A stretch of 56,594 nt of DNA from Flavobacteriales bacterium (GCA_036012565.1 DASCPP010000071.1:1-56594), one strand, 5' to 3'; shown: positions 28,027 through 38,878, numbered from the stretch's first letter. A program made the numbers and translations. The notes: generated by a model from the letters alone, not told the origin.

Positions 28027-29286
28027 ATGAGATTTGAAGATTTAAACTTACACCCAACTTTACTAAAAGCGGTTAAATACCAAAATTATACTACTCCAAC
28101 CGCTATTCAAGAGCAAGCAATTCCCTTATTATTAAGAAAAAATGACGTACTTGGTAGCGCACAAACAGGAACTGGAAAAACAGCCGCTTTTGCTTTGCCT
28201 ATTTTACATCATCTGATAAAAGAAAAAAGCAATAATCATAAAACAAAAGTAAGAGCCTTGGTAGTTACGCCAACTCGTGAATTAGCCATACAAATTGGAG
28301 AGAATTTTACTGCTTATTCAAAATACAATAACATAAAGAATACTGTAATTTTTGGTGGAGTTAAACAAGGCACCCAAACCAATGCACTTAATAATGGGGT
28401 TGATGTATTAATTGCAACTCCTGGTAGATTATTGGACCTTATGGGACAAGGTTTTATCTCTTTAAATGATATAGGATATTTTGTATTAGATGAAGCGGAT
28501 AGAATGTTAGATATGGGTTTTATTCATGACATTAGAAAAATATTGAATGAATTACCAAAAGAGCGTCAATCTTTATTCTTTTCGGCTACTATGCCTAAAA
28601 ATATTGTAGAGCTTTCATCTCAAATATTGAAATCTCCAAAAAAGATATCTGTTAGTCCTGTATCTTCAACTGCTGAAACTATTAAACAGTTTATTTACTA
28701 TACGAATAAGGCAGATAAAAAAGATTTGTTGCTATATATCTTAAAAGACAAAAACATCAATCAATTATTGCTGTTTTCAAGAACTAAGCATGGTGCCAAT
28801 AGGATAGCTCGTAATTTAAAAAAGAAAAATATTCAGGCCGCAGCAATTCATGGAGATAAACCCCAGAATCAAAGACAAAAAGCATTACAATCCTTTAAAG
28901 ATTCCAAAATACGAGTTTTAGTAGCTACTGATATTGCTGCTAGAGGCATTGATATTGATAAGCTGAGTTATGTACTGAATTATGATATCCCTAATGAGTC
29001 AGAAACGTATGTACACAGAATAGGAAGATGTGGTAGAGCAGGAGAGACGGGAGTTTCTATTTCTATTTGTGAGCCAGAAGAAAACGCATATGCTAAAGAT
29101 ATTGAAAAGTTAATAAAGCAAAAAATTGAAGCAGTTAAAAACCATCCTTTTCCTCAAACGGACAAACCTATGAATGCACAGCAGAAGAAAGAATTTGAGA
29201 AGGAAAAACAGAGAAGGAGACAAGAATTTTTTGCTAATAGAAATAAAAAGCGGAATGCTGGAAAATCTAATTCCAGAAACAAATAG
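28027..29286 (+). CDS. rhlE: DEAD-box RNA helicase (RhlE-like)
   Basis: Q motif, AQTGTGKT, PTRELA, TPGRL, DEAD, SAT, ARGID, HRIGR. Confidence 0.9.
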   Translation: MRFEDLNLHPTLLKAVKYQNYTTPTAIQEQAIPLLLRKNDVLGSAQTGTGKTAAFALPILHHLIKEKSNNHKTKVRALVVTPTRELAIQIGENFTAYSKYNNIKNTVIFGGVKQGTQTNALNNGVDVLIATPGRLLDLMGQGFISLNDIGYFVLDEADRMLDMGFIHDIRKILNELPKERQSLFFSATMPKNIVELSSQILKSPKKISVSPVSSTAETIKQFIYYTNKADKKDLLLYILKDKNINQLLLFSRTKHGANRIARNLKKKNIQAAAIHGDKPQNQRQKALQSFKDSKIRVLVATDIAARGIDIDKLSYVLNYDIPNESETYVHRIGRCGRAGETGVSISICEPEENAYAKDIEKLIKQKIEAVKNHPFPQTDKPMNAQQKKEFEKEKQRRRQEFFANRNKKRNAGKSNSRNK

Positions 29287-29361
29287 GAGGTAATTTTTTC
29301 GTATTCAAATTACAGGTATAAGAATTAAATTGATATTTTCGACATCAATTAAAATATATAT

Positions 29362-31494
29362 ATGCATAGAATAATTCTTTTTTCAGCAACCTTATTGTTG
29401 CTAATGTCTTGCAATTCTCATCAGCAGATAGACTATCCTATAACAGATAAAATAGTAGTAATAGACACTTATTTTGAAACTCAAATAGAAGACCCTTATC
29501 GTTGGCTAGAAGATGATAAAGATAAAAAGGTAAAGCAGTGGATTGAAAGTCAGAACCAACTTACTTTTTCTTATTTAGATGAGATTCCTTACCGAGAAGC
29601 TCTCAGAAATAGACTTGAAAAATTATGGAATTATGAAAAAATAGGGACGCCATTTAAGGAGGGGAATTATACCTATTTCTATAAAAATGATGGACTACAA
29701 AATCAATCTGTTTTGTACAGAAAAAAGGGGGACGATAATGAAGAAGTTTTTATCAATCCAAATATTTTCTCGGAGGATGGAACAGTTTCATTAGGAGGAA
29801 TGAGCTTTACAAAAGATGGAAGTTTATTAGCGTACTCTATCTCAGAAGGTGGTTCAGATTGGAGAAAAGTAATGGTAATTGAAACCGAAACAAAAAAAAT
29901 AATTGAAGATACCTTGGTAGATGTGAAGTTTTCTGGAATAAGTTGGAATGGGAATGATGGCTTTTATTATTCTTCTTACGACAAACCCAAAACCTCAGTT
30001 TTATCCGAGAAAACGGATAATCATAAATTGTACTATCACAAATTAGGCACTCCTCAGCAAGCCGATAAAGTTATTTTTGGAGATGGTAAAGATGAAAAAT
30101 TCAGGTATGTAAGTGGCTATATTACAAAGGATAAGAATTACCTTATTATTAGTGTATCAAAGGAAACCTCAGGGAATAATCTGTTTATAAAAAATCGAAA
30201 TAAAGAAAATTCGGAGCTCATTCAAATTACTGATGATTTTACAAGCAACAGTTATATTGCTCATAATATAGGGAGTAAATTATACATCATAACTAATTTA
30301 GATGCCCCAAATAAGAAAGTAATTACGGTAGATGCTAGTGCTCCTCAAACAAATAATTGGGAGGAATTTATTAAGGAAACGGAGGATGTTTTGAACGTTT
30401 CAAAAGGTGGTGGATATTTCTTTGCAAAATATTTTATTGATGCAAACTCAAAAATAATACAATATGATTATACAGGAAAATTAATCAGAAATGTAGTATT
30501 TGAAAATGAAGGAAATGTAAGTGGTTTTGGTGGTAAGGAAGAACAAAAAGAAATCTACTACAACTTTAGTAATTATACTACTCCCCGTTCTTCTTTCAAA
30601 TACAATGTTGAGGAAGGAACATCAGAATTGTATTGGGCACCAGAGATTGATTTTAATGCGGAATTATATACTTCTGAGCAGATTTTTTATCCATCAAAAG
30701 ATAGCACAGAAATTCCGATGACTATAACTTATAAAAATGACTTAGTATTAAATGGAAAAACCCCAACGATATTGTACGGATATGGAGGGTTTAACATCAG
30801 TATAAAACCATCCTTTAGTGTGAAGAATGCGATTTGGTTGGAGCAAGGCGGAATTTATGCAGTAGCAAATATAAGGGGTGGTGGCGAATACGGAAAAAAG
30901 TGGCATGATGCTGGGACTAAAATGCAAAAGCAAAATGTTTTTGATGACTTTATTGCGGCAGCAGAATTTTTGATTGAAAAGAAATACACAAGCTCCGATT
31001 TTTTAGCAATAAGTGGAAGGTCAAACGGTGGGCTTTTAGTGGGGGCTTGCATGACACAAAGACCAGATTTAATGAAGGTGGCACTTCCTACAGTTGGCGT
31101 TTTTGATATGCTCCGTTACCATATATTTACAGCTGGGGCAGGTTGGTCTTATGATTATGGGACTTCAGAAGAGAGTAAAGAAATGTTTGAATATCTGAAG
31201 AATTATTCTCCAGTACACAATGTAAAAGAAAATGTAGCATATCCTGCAACCATGGTCTTTACTGGCGATCATGATGACAGGGTTGTTCCTGCGCATAGTT
31301 TCAAATTTTCTGCTCATTTACAAGATAAACAAAGTGGCAAAAATCCAACTTTAATTAGAATAGAAACCAATGCAGGACATGGAGTTGGAACCCCAATTAG
31401 CAAAAGAATTGAAGAAATTGCTGATGTGTTTGGGTTTACGCTTTACAATATGGGATTTGAAAATTTACCGGTTGAGTTGGGGAAACAGGATTAA
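29362..31494 (+). CDS. Prolyl oligopeptidase (S9A), lipoprotein
   Basis: LMS|C lipobox, DPYRWLED, GYGGF, GRSNGG (Ser), DDRV (Asp), AGHG (His). Confidence 0.94.
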   Translation: MHRIILFSATLLLLMSCNSHQQIDYPITDKIVVIDTYFETQIEDPYRWLEDDKDKKVKQWIESQNQLTFSYLDEIPYREALRNRLEKLWNYEKIGTPFKEGNYTYFYKNDGLQNQSVLYRKKGDDNEEVFINPNIFSEDGTVSLGGMSFTKDGSLLAYSISEGGSDWRKVMVIETETKKIIEDTLVDVKFSGISWNGNDGFYYSSYDKPKTSVLSEKTDNHKLYYHKLGTPQQADKVIFGDGKDEKFRYVSGYITKDKNYLIISVSKETSGNNLFIKNRNKENSELIQITDDFTSNSYIAHNIGSKLYIITNLDAPNKKVITVDASAPQTNNWEEFIKETEDVLNVSKGGGYFFAKYFIDANSKIIQYDYTGKLIRNVVFENEGNVSGFGGKEEQKEIYYNFSNYTTPRSSFKYNVEEGTSELYWAPEIDFNAELYTSEQIFYPSKDSTEIPMTITYKNDLVLNGKTPTILYGYGGFNISIKPSFSVKNAIWLEQGGIYAVANIRGGGEYGKKWHDAGTKMQKQNVFDDFIAAAEFLIEKKYTSSDFLAISGRSNGGLLVGACMTQRPDLMKVALPTVGVFDMLRYHIFTAGAGWSYDYGTSEESKEMFEYLKNYSPVHNVKENVAYPATMVFTGDHDDRVVPAHSFKFSAHLQDKQSGKNPTLIRIETNAGHGVGTPISKRIEEIADVFGFTLYNMGFENLPVELGKQD

Positions 31495-31509
31495 AATAGG
31501 ATCTATTTT

Positions 31510-31617
31510 TTACTTACCCATACCACTAAAACCACTACTAAATACAACCATTAAAAGGGTGAAAGGTACTGCTGCATTTAAGGTGTTTTTATCGATATTA
31601 TCCATATCATTTTAATG
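31510..31617 (-). pseudogene. Diverged duplicate of the 3' end of the M28/glutaminyl cyclase gene
   Basis: 31572-31617 matches 32497-32542 at 38/46 nt; translates DMDNIDKNTLNAAVPFTLLMVVFS versus DMDNIDRETLNAVGQTLMEVIYS. Confidence 0.75.
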
Positions 31618-32391
31618 ACTATGAGAATGACCATCACCATGGGAATGTTCATGCTTACTATTGTCTGATTTAATGAGTGGTTCATTTTTTAATTCCTGTG
31701 GGGCTAATTGATGTTGATGATGACCATGGTCAATAAAATAGCCATTAACTTGATAAGCTAATAAAACAATACCTGCTACAACTAATATCCCATTTGATAT
31801 TTTGGATATTATATCAAAAGACTTTCCTCTAAGCAATGAAAGTAGTGGGAAAACGATTATTAATACGGCTATTTGCCCAAATTCCACCCCTACATTAAAA
31901 GACAATATTTGAGATAAAGACAAATTAATACCTGAAGCAACTGCTACTTCTTGTAGTTTTGTTGATAAGCCAAAGCCATGAATTAATCCAAATATAAAAA
32001 CCATTAAAATTAAATTTGGAGGATTAACAGAAAAATACTTTTTAAAACCATCCAGATTTTCAAATCCTTTATAGACAACACTGAATGCAATTACAGCATC
32101 AATTAAATACGTATTTACTGTAATACCATAAAAAGTGGCAAAAACAAGCGTGATACAATGCGCAATTGTAAAGGCAGTTATAAATTTAAAAATATCAGAA
32201 TAGTTACTAAGAAAAAACACAACTCCAATTAAAAATAAAATATGATCATATCCTGTAAGCATGTGCTCTGCACCAAAATAAATAAAATCCATTAATGAGG
32301 CATCAGCCATAGCATCAATTATTGATTTTGAAACGCCATGAGTCCATCCAATAATTGGTAAGCAAAGTAATATGAATAATAGTTTTTTCAT
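31612..32391 (-). CDS. HupE/UreJ family membrane protein with His-rich tail (putative Ni/Co handling)
   Basis: GAEHMLTGYDHILF, FTIAHCITL, FGLIHGFG, FNVGVEFGQ; tail HEHSHGDGHSHSH; start moved to ATG 32391. Confidence 0.88.
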   Translation of the reverse strand: MKKLLFILLCLPIIGWTHGVSKSIIDAMADASLMDFIYFGAEHMLTGYDHILFLIGVVFFLSNYSDIFKFITAFTIAHCITLVFATFYGITVNTYLIDAVIAFSVVYKGFENLDGFKKYFSVNPPNLILMVFIFGLIHGFGLSTKLQEVAVASGINLSLSQILSFNVGVEFGQIAVLIIVFPLLSLLRGKSFDIISKISNGILVVAGIVLLAYQVNGYFIDHGHHQHQLAPQELKNEPLIKSDNSKHEHSHGDGHSHSH

Positions 32392-32393
32392 AA
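32346..32393 (-). repeat. Dispersed repeat copy 2: signal-peptide-encoding leader (MKKLLFILLCLPIIG)
   Basis: 43/48 nt identical to 787-834. Confidence 0.85.
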
Positions 32394-32434
32394 GAGCAAA
32401 CTTACAGAAAATTATGGGAAATATGAAGAAAAAA

Positions 32435-32458
32435 AGTCGGGGTAGCAAGATTCGAACC
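32435..32458 (-). other. tRNA-Pro-like 3' fragment abutting the M28 gene stop; not a complete tRNA
   Basis: Minus strand GG-TTCGAAT-CTTGC-TACCCCG-A-CT: canonical T-loop, acceptor 3' strand complementary to CGGGGTR, discriminator A. Confidence 0.78.
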
Positions 32459-33442
32459 TTATTCAGAATAAATAACTTCCATTAAAGTTTGCCCAACTGC
32501 ATTCAATGTTTCTCTATCAATATTATCCATATCATCTTTATGGGTGTGCCAATGTTTATTAAAATTGCTTTCAGTAGAAGGGTCATACTCAATAATATCA
32601 ATAGTAGGGATTCCGGTAATTTGATTTACATACAAATGATCATCAACAATTTGTTTGGCATTTTCAAATACAAAATAATTCCCAAAGCCTAATTTGTGTG
32701 CTTTACGCCATACTTTTTGCAAAATATTTGAGCCATAATAAAAAGAAATCTCCTCATGCCTAAAAGTAGCATTCTTTGCCCCAACCATATCTAGTAAAAT
32801 TCCGTAACGAGCAAAATAGTTTTGTTTATGAGGATTATTACTCCAATATTGCGAACCCAAACACCAAGAATCTTGCATAATAGGATATTTTGAATTTTCT
32901 GGCTGGCCATAATCTTCTGCATCAAACAATATAATGTCGACTCCAATTTTTGGGTTTTTTAAACTGAATTGTCTTGCCAATTCAATTAGAACTCCAACAC
33001 CGCTTCCACCATCATTTGCTCCTAAAATAGGGGAGTTCTGATTTTCTATATCATGATCGGCAATAGGACGAGTATCCCAATGTGTAAAAAGAGCAATTCG
33101 ATTGTTTTTGTCAGGAGAAAAAGAAGTAATAATATTTCTCAGAGTATGATTTTTACCATCATAAGTAGTGACAGAAGCTTCTTGTACTACAACATTTGGA
33201 GTATAGGTTTTAAATTTAGTTACTAACCAAATAGCACAATTTTCCCATCCTTTACTGCTTAAAGCTCTGGGGCCAAAACTCACTTGTTTTTCAATAAAAT
33301 AATAAGCAGAATCCACATTAAAAGTGGGCACTACAACCTTTACCTTTGGTTTTTTAGAACGTGTTTTTTGTTGAGGATCACTTGTACAGGCGCCGATACA
33401 AAGGACAGTAATTAGTAAAAACTTGTATCTAAAACCAGTCAT
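32459..33442 (-). CDS. M28 family lipoprotein, glutaminyl-peptide cyclotransferase-like
   Basis: Lipobox IGA|C, QVSFGPR, HWDTRP, GANDGGSG, FDAEDYG, LLDMVG, DDH, WHT. Confidence 0.88.
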   Translation of the reverse strand: MTGFRYKFLLITVLCIGACTSDPQQKTRSKKPKVKVVVPTFNVDSAYYFIEKQVSFGPRALSSKGWENCAIWLVTKFKTYTPNVVVQEASVTTYDGKNHTLRNIITSFSPDKNNRIALFTHWDTRPIADHDIENQNSPILGANDGGSGVGVLIELARQFSLKNPKIGVDIILFDAEDYGQPENSKYPIMQDSWCLGSQYWSNNPHKQNYFARYGILLDMVGAKNATFRHEEISFYYGSNILQKVWRKAHKLGFGNYFVFENAKQIVDDHLYVNQITGIPTIDIIEYDPSTESNFNKHWHTHKDDMDNIDRETLNAVGQTLMEVIYSE

Positions 33443-33449
33443 CTAAACA

Positions 33450-34919
33450 TTAATTTTTTATCTCCCAACTACTTCCATCATGGCTATCTTTTACTTGTAT
33501 GTTGAGTTTGTTTAGCTCATCACGGATAAGATCGGCAGAATCAAAATCTTTATTTGCTTTGGCTTTTTCTCTAAGTTTTAGAACAACTTCCATTACTTCA
33601 TTAGTAAGATCGTTTCCGTCACTTTTCTTTGCAGAAACAAAGCCCAAAATATCAGTAACAAAAGTGCTGAAGATTGAATTTAATTTTTCCAAATCATCAG
33701 CAGTCAAACTCTCTTTACCATCTTTTCCCGAATTGATAATCCTAACTCCATCAAATAAATGCGCAATAAGAATAGGAGTGTTAAAGTCATCATCCATTGC
33801 AGCATAACATTTTTCCTCCAACTCCGTCACACTATAAGTTGATTTGTCAGAAGGTTTTAAATTTTCAAGAGTCTCCATGGCATTCATTAATTTAGTAAAC
33901 CCTTTTTCTGCTGCCTGCAGAGCTTCATTACTAAAATCAACAGTACTTCTGTAATGTGCCTGCAAAATGAAAAAGCGAATAGTCATTGGAGTATATGCTT
34001 GCTCTAATTTTGCATGATTCCCCGTAAAGAATTCTTCCAAATTAATGAAATTTCCAAGAGATTTCCCCATCTTTTTCCCATCTACAGTAATCATGTTATT
34101 GTGCATCCAATAATTTACCGGATTAGAATTATTACAAGCATTACTTTGTGCTATTTCCGCTTCATGATGAGGGAAAACCAAATCCATTCCGCCACCATGA
34201 ATGTCAAAAGTTTTTCCTAAATATTTTTCTCCCATTGCAGAACATTCCATATGCCAACCAGGGAAGCCGTCTCCCCAAGGTGAAGGCCATTTCATGATGT
34301 GCTCAGAACTTGCATTTTTCCAAATAGCAAAATCAACAGGGCTTTTCTTTTCAGATTGAGCATCTAAAGTTCTTGTTCCTTCTAAAGTGTCTTCTAAATT
34401 TCTACCAGACAAAATACCATACGGATATTTTTCACTGTATTTATGCACATCCAAATAAACGGAACCATTTGCTTCATAAGCAAATCCATTCTCTAAAATT
34501 CCTTTTACCATTTCAATTTGCTCTATAATATGCCCTGTAGCTCTTGGTTCAATTGATGGGGGTAAGCAATTTAATTTTTCCATTGCCCTGTGGTAACTGA
34601 GGGTAAAAAAATGTACAATTTCCATAGGCTCTAACTGTTCTAACCTTGCTCTTTTGGCAATTTTATCTTCACCTTCATCCGCATCATTTTCTAGATGCCC
34701 TGCATCAGTAATATTTCTGACATATCTTACTTTATAATCACCATGTTTCAAATAGCGAAAAACTACATCAAATGTAATTCCAGGTCTTGCATGTCCCAAA
34801 TGTGGATCGCCATAAACAGTAGGACCACAAACATACATTCCTACATGGTTTTCAACAATCGGGTTAAAGAGTTCTTTCTTTCTTGTGAGTGTATTATATA
34901 TTTGTATTTTCTTACTCAT
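33450..34919 (-). CDS. cysS: Cysteine--tRNA ligase
   Basis: [31 protein letters not shown]. Confidence 0.97.
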   Translation of the reverse strand: MSKKIQIYNTLTRKKELFNPIVENHVGMYVCGPTVYGDPHLGHARPGITFDVVFRYLKHGDYKVRYVRNITDAGHLENDADEGEDKIAKRARLEQLEPMEIVHFFTLSYHRAMEKLNCLPPSIEPRATGHIIEQIEMVKGILENGFAYEANGSVYLDVHKYSEKYPYGILSGRNLEDTLEGTRTLDAQSEKKSPVDFAIWKNASSEHIMKWPSPWGDGFPGWHMECSAMGEKYLGKTFDIHGGGMDLVFPHHEAEIAQSNACNNSNPVNYWMHNNMITVDGKKMGKSLGNFINLEEFFTGNHAKLEQAYTPMTIRFFILQAHYRSTVDFSNEALQAAEKGFTKLMNAMETLENLKPSDKSTYSVTELEEKCYAAMDDDFNTPILIAHLFDGVRIINSGKDGKESLTADDLEKLNSIFSTFVTDILGFVSAKKSDGNDLTNEVMEVVLKLREKAKANKDFDSADLIRDELNKLNIQVKDSHDGSSWEIKN

Positions 34920-35914
34920 TATGTAGTAACTATATATCTTTCTTCCAGATTCTTTATCATATCTGAAGTCATTTTTTCTAGGTTATATTCTAATCTCCAT
35001 CCCCAATCATATTGAGCATTTTTATCATCAATTGATGAAGGCCAAGAGTTTGCAATTTCTTGTCGGAAATCTGGCTTATACGATATTTCAAAATTAGGAA
35101 TATGTTTTGAAATCTCAGTAGCAATCTGTTTTGGTGTGAAACTTATCCCAGCTAAATTGTAGGATGAACGGATTTTTACATTTTCTTGTTGTGTTTCCAT
35201 TAGTTCAATAGTTGCTCTAATTGCATCCGGCATATACATCATAGGAAGAGCAGTGTCTTCATTTAAAAAACTTTCGTATTTTTCGTGGAGAATTGCCTTA
35301 TGAAAAATTTTAACTGCATAATCAGTTGTTCCTCCTCCTGGATCTGTACGCCATCCAATTAATCCAGGATATCGAATACTTCTAACATCTACATTGTATT
35401 TTTTATTATAATATTCACACCATCTTTCGCCTGCTAACTTACTGATTCCATATACTGTGTTTGGTTCCATTATAGTGTATTGAGGAGTCAGAATTTTAGG
35501 GGTAGTATGTCCAAAAACAGCTATAGAAGATGGCCAAAATAATTTCTTAATTAACTTTTGTTCTGCCAATTGCAGAATATTAGAAAGAGATAACGTATTT
35601 AATCTCCATGCTAATTCTACATTTTCCTCTGATTTAGCAGATAGCATTGCAGCTAATAAATATATTTGGGTGATTTTATTCTTTTTAATAACATCATATA
35701 TTTTATTTTTATCTAATGCATTCAATTCTATGTAAGGACCTTCAGCCTCTACATTTTCAGAATGAATAACTGTAGAATGATCTCTCACTTTAGGATTAAC
35801 AGAATGAATATCTGATGCAATTACATTTGTCTCACCATATATTTTTCGTAATGCAGTTACTAATTCCGACCCTACTTGTCCAGATGCTCCGATAACTAAA
35901 ATAACTTCTTTCAA
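34919..35914 (-). CDS. NAD-dependent epimerase/dehydratase family; SDR-type L-threonine 3-dehydrogenase-like
   Basis: [37 protein letters not shown]; probable TTG start at 35914. Confidence 0.85.
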   Translation of the reverse strand: MKEVILVIGASGQVGSELVTALRKIYGETNVIASDIHSVNPKVRDHSTVIHSENVEAEGPYIELNALDKNKIYDVIKKNKITQIYLLAAMLSAKSEENVELAWRLNTLSLSNILQLAEQKLIKKLFWPSSIAVFGHTTPKILTPQYTIMEPNTVYGISKLAGERWCEYYNKKYNVDVRSIRYPGLIGWRTDPGGGTTDYAVKIFHKAILHEKYESFLNEDTALPMMYMPDAIRATIELMETQQENVKIRSSYNLAGISFTPKQIATEISKHIPNFEISYKPDFRQEIANSWPSSIDDKNAQYDWGWRLEYNLEKMTSDMIKNLEERYIVTT

Positions 35915-36071
35915 TTGATTTTCTATTTTGCACAAATATAATATTATAGACCATATTATATGCTTTATTGCTAAGGCAAAAAAATCTACGCTTTTGTATC
36001 TTTGCAAAATAAAAAGCGTTTTCATAGCCACAGCAAAGTAGATTTAAGTAAAGTCTTTAATAAAGAAAATA

Positions 36072-36506
36072 ATGATTAGAATAACAAAAGCATTCAAACT
36101 AGAAATGGCACATGCATTACATGGTTATGATGGGCTATGCAAAAATATTCACGGACATTCCTATAAATTGTGGGTAACTATAAGAGGAAAAATAAGAAAT
36201 GAAAAAGGGCATCAAAAGGATGGGATGGTGATGGATTTTGATGTTATCAAGCAAATTGTACAGCCAGAAATTATAGATAAATACGATCATTCCTTGGTGT
36301 TGAATGCTAATTCACCACATGCTCAAATTGACTTTTTCGCTTTTGAAAAGGTATTTTATTTACCCTATCAACCAACCTCCGAAAATTTGGTATTAGATTT
36401 TGCAAACCGTATTAAAAGTAAACTTCCAGAAAGAGTAGATCTGTATAAGGTAGTGCTTTCCGAAACGGCAACCTCTTTTGCCGAATGGAATATAGCAGAT
36501 AATTAA
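36072..36506 (+). CDS. queD: 6-carboxytetrahydropterin synthase
   Basis: MAH, C..IHGHSY, MVMDF, DH, PTSEN, ET. Confidence 0.9.
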   Translation: MIRITKAFKLEMAHALHGYDGLCKNIHGHSYKLWVTIRGKIRNEKGHQKDGMVMDFDVIKQIVQPEIIDKYDHSLVLNANSPHAQIDFFAFEKVFYLPYQPTSENLVLDFANRIKSKLPERVDLYKVVLSETATSFAEWNIADN

Positions 36507-36616
36507 TCTTCTGAGACTGCAAGCAAGTGTCTGCGATAAACTGAGAATAATTTAGATTTGGAAATATAACTTACATATCTTTTCTGATTGTAGATTTCTA
36601 AAAACCTATTTATCAT
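36503..36616 (-). CDS. Possible small ORF (37 aa) or gene remnant
   Basis: ATG...TAA, MINRFLEIYNQKRYVSYISKSKLFSVYRRHLLAVSED; fills the whole gap, starting 15 nt after the upstream stop. Confidence 0.3.
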   Translation of the reverse strand: MINRFLEIYNQKRYVSYISKSKLFSVYRRHLLAVSED

Positions 36617-36631
36617 ATGAGTAGATTTTTT

Positions 36632-37132
36632 TTATTTTTTTAATGAGATTGGATTTGCTGAATCTGTTGTAATATATGCATCAGGATTAATTTCTTTAAT
36701 AATTTTTAAAACAGACTTTAACTTTCTTCTAGGTACAATACACCAATAAATTCTAACTACCCCATCTCTTCCTTCTCCATTGATTACAGTAACCCCATAT
36801 CCTTGATCTCTTAATGCTTCTGCTACACTAGGTGATTTAATCGAAGTAAATACTCTAATTACTACGTCTCCAAATCCAAGTATTCTTTCTGCATAGTATC
36901 CTAGTATTGTTCCAGCAGCAAATCCAATTGCATATCCTGCTATTAAAATTGGCTTATCAATATCATTAATCACTTTTGCTACTGCAATTATCCAAATTAT
37001 CGATTCAATAAGCCCTATTAATGCTGCATATACTGGTTTATTTCTACTAATTAATCTAGCTCTCAGGGTTGCTAAACTTTGATCTGCAACTCTTAAAGAA
37101 AAAATAATAAATGCGGAAATAAATAAATTCAC
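36632..37132 (-). CDS. UPF0316 (DUF5698 + DUF2179) membrane protein
   Basis: R..D.SL.TLR, E..IW, YAIGFAAG, LRDQGYGVT..GEG; GTG start. Confidence 0.85.
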   Translation of the reverse strand: MNLFISAFIIFSLRVADQSLATLRARLISRNKPVYAALIGLIESIIWIIAVAKVINDIDKPILIAGYAIGFAAGTILGYYAERILGFGDVVIRVFTSIKSPSVAEALRDQGYGVTVINGEGRDGVVRIYWCIVPRRKLKSVLKIIKEINPDAYITTDSANPISLKK

Positions 37133-37135
37133 CTC

Positions 37136-38878
37136 TTATTTTAGTCTAAGATTTAATTCATCTAATTGTTTCTCATCGATAATAGAAGGAGAATCAATCA
37201 TTACATCACGCATAGAATTGTTTTTTGGAAAGGCAATAAAATCACGGATACTCTCTTGTCCTCCAATAATAGCGCATAATCTATCAAAACCAAACGCAAC
37301 TCCACCGTGAGGAGGAGCTCCATATTCAAGCGCATCCATCAAAAATCCGAATTGATCTTTTGCGTGATTTTTCGTAAAACCAAGATGTTTAAACATAAGG
37401 TTCTGCAAATCTTTATTATGAATCCTAATACTCCCTCCTCCAATTTCATTGCCGTTAATAACCAAATCATAAGCATTAGCACGTACTGCTGCAGGGTCAG
37501 TATCTAGTTTTGCAATGTCTTCCGGTTTTGGAGATGTAAATGGGTGATGCATTGCATGGTATCTCTCATTGTCTTCATCCCATTCCAAAAGAGGAAAATC
37601 TAAAACCCAAAGCGGAGCAAATTCATCTGGATTCCTAAGCCCTTGTTCTTCAGCTAAGTGTAATCGTAAAGTTGAAAGGGCTTTTCTTGTTTTATCAGTT
37701 TCGCCAGCCATTATTAAAAGTAAATCTCCTTTCTCACATCCTGCTTTTTCGGCCCAAACTTTTCTAGCATCTTCATCAAAAAACTTATCTACTGTCGATT
37801 TGCTTGTTCTATCCTCATTATATTTACAATAGATAAGTCCTGTAGCGCCAACTTGTGGTGTTTTTACAAAATCCACTAGCTTGTCCAATTGTTTTCTTGT
37901 GTAGTTTGCGCAAGCTTTTGCGTTTATTGCAACTACAAGTTCTGCATTGTCAAATACTCCAAACCCTTTTCCTTGGCAAATATCATTCATATCAACAAAT
38001 TGCATGTCAAAACGAATATCTGGCTTATCTGAACCGTAAAGTTCCATAGCGGTATCATAGGTCATTCTTGGGAATTCTGATAAATCAACTCCCTTTACTT
38101 CTTTAAGTAAATGGCGTGTAAGTCCTTCAAACATTTTTATGATATCTTCTTGCTCAACAAAGGACATCTCACAGTCAATTTGTGTAAATTCAGGTTGTCT
38201 ATCGGCTCTTAAATCCTCATCTCTAAAACATTTTACAATCTGATAATATTTGTCCATACCAGCAACCATTAACAATTGCTTAAAAGTTTGTGGTGATTGA
38301 GGTAATGCGTAAAACTGTCCCTCATTCATTCTGCTTGGCACTATAAAATCCCTTGCCCCCTCAGGGGTTGATTTAATCAAATAAGGAGTTTCTACCTCAC
38401 AGAATCCTTGAGCATCTAAATATTTTCTCGTTTCAGTAGAAACCTTTGCTCTAAGCATTAGGTTTTCTTTTACCGGACTTCTTCTAATATCGAGATAACG
38501 ATATTTCATTCTCAGTTCATCACCACCATCAGTTTCATCCTCAATAGTAAAAGGAGGAGTTTTAGAGACATTTAAAATAGTTAATACTGTAACTTCAATC
38601 TCAATCTCACCGGTAGGGATATTCTTGTTTTTTGATGCTCTTTCAATTACTTTTCCTTCAATTTGTATTACAAATTCACGACCTAATTTTCTGGCCTTAG
38701 TGCATAAATCAGCATTTACATCCATATTAAAAGCCAATTGTGTGAGCCCATATCTATCTCTCAAATCAACAAAAGTCATACCTCCAAGATCTCTTGTTTT
38801 TTGCACCCAACCACTTAAAGTTACTTCTACACCAATGTTAGATATGTTTAATTCTCCGCAAGTATGTGTTCTTAACAT
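37136..38878 (-). CDS. aspS: Aspartate--tRNA ligase
   Basis: [53 protein letters not shown]. Confidence 0.97.
   Translation of the reverse strand: MLRTHTCGELNISNIGVEVTLSGWVQKTRDLGGMTFVDLRDRYGLTQLAFNMDVNADLCTKARKLGREFVIQIEGKVIERASKNKNIPTGEIEIEVTVLTILNVSKTPPFTIEDETDGGDELRMKYRYLDIRRSPVKENLMLRAKVSTETRKYLDAQGFCEVETPYLIKSTPEGARDFIVPSRMNEGQFYALPQSPQTFKQLLMVAGMDKYYQIVKCFRDEDLRADRQPEFTQIDCEMSFVEQEDIIKMFEGLTRHLLKEVKGVDLSEFPRMTYDTAMELYGSDKPDIRFDMQFVDMNDICQGKGFGVFDNAELVVAINAKACANYTRKQLDKLVDFVKTPQVGATGLIYCKYNEDRTSKSTVDKFFDEDARKVWAEKAGCEKGDLLLIMAGETDKTRKALSTLRLHLAEEQGLRNPDEFAPLWVLDFPLLEWDEDNERYHAMHHPFTSPKPEDIAKLDTDPAAVRANAYDLVINGNEIGGGSIRIHNKDLQNLMFKHLGFTKNHAKDQFGFLMDALEYGAPPHGGVAFGFDRLCAIIGGQESIRDFIAFPKNNSMRDVMIDSPSIIDEKQLDELNLRLK

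Noticed and set aside
29325-29352. AATTGAT-N9-ATCAATT inverted repeat upstream of the prolyl oligopeptidase gene
   Set aside because: The 7-bp AT-rich arms are likely by chance and occur once
36005-36071. preQ1 riboswitch upstream of queD
   Set aside because: I could not build the P1 stem, loop and A-rich tail consensus; needs an Rfam scan
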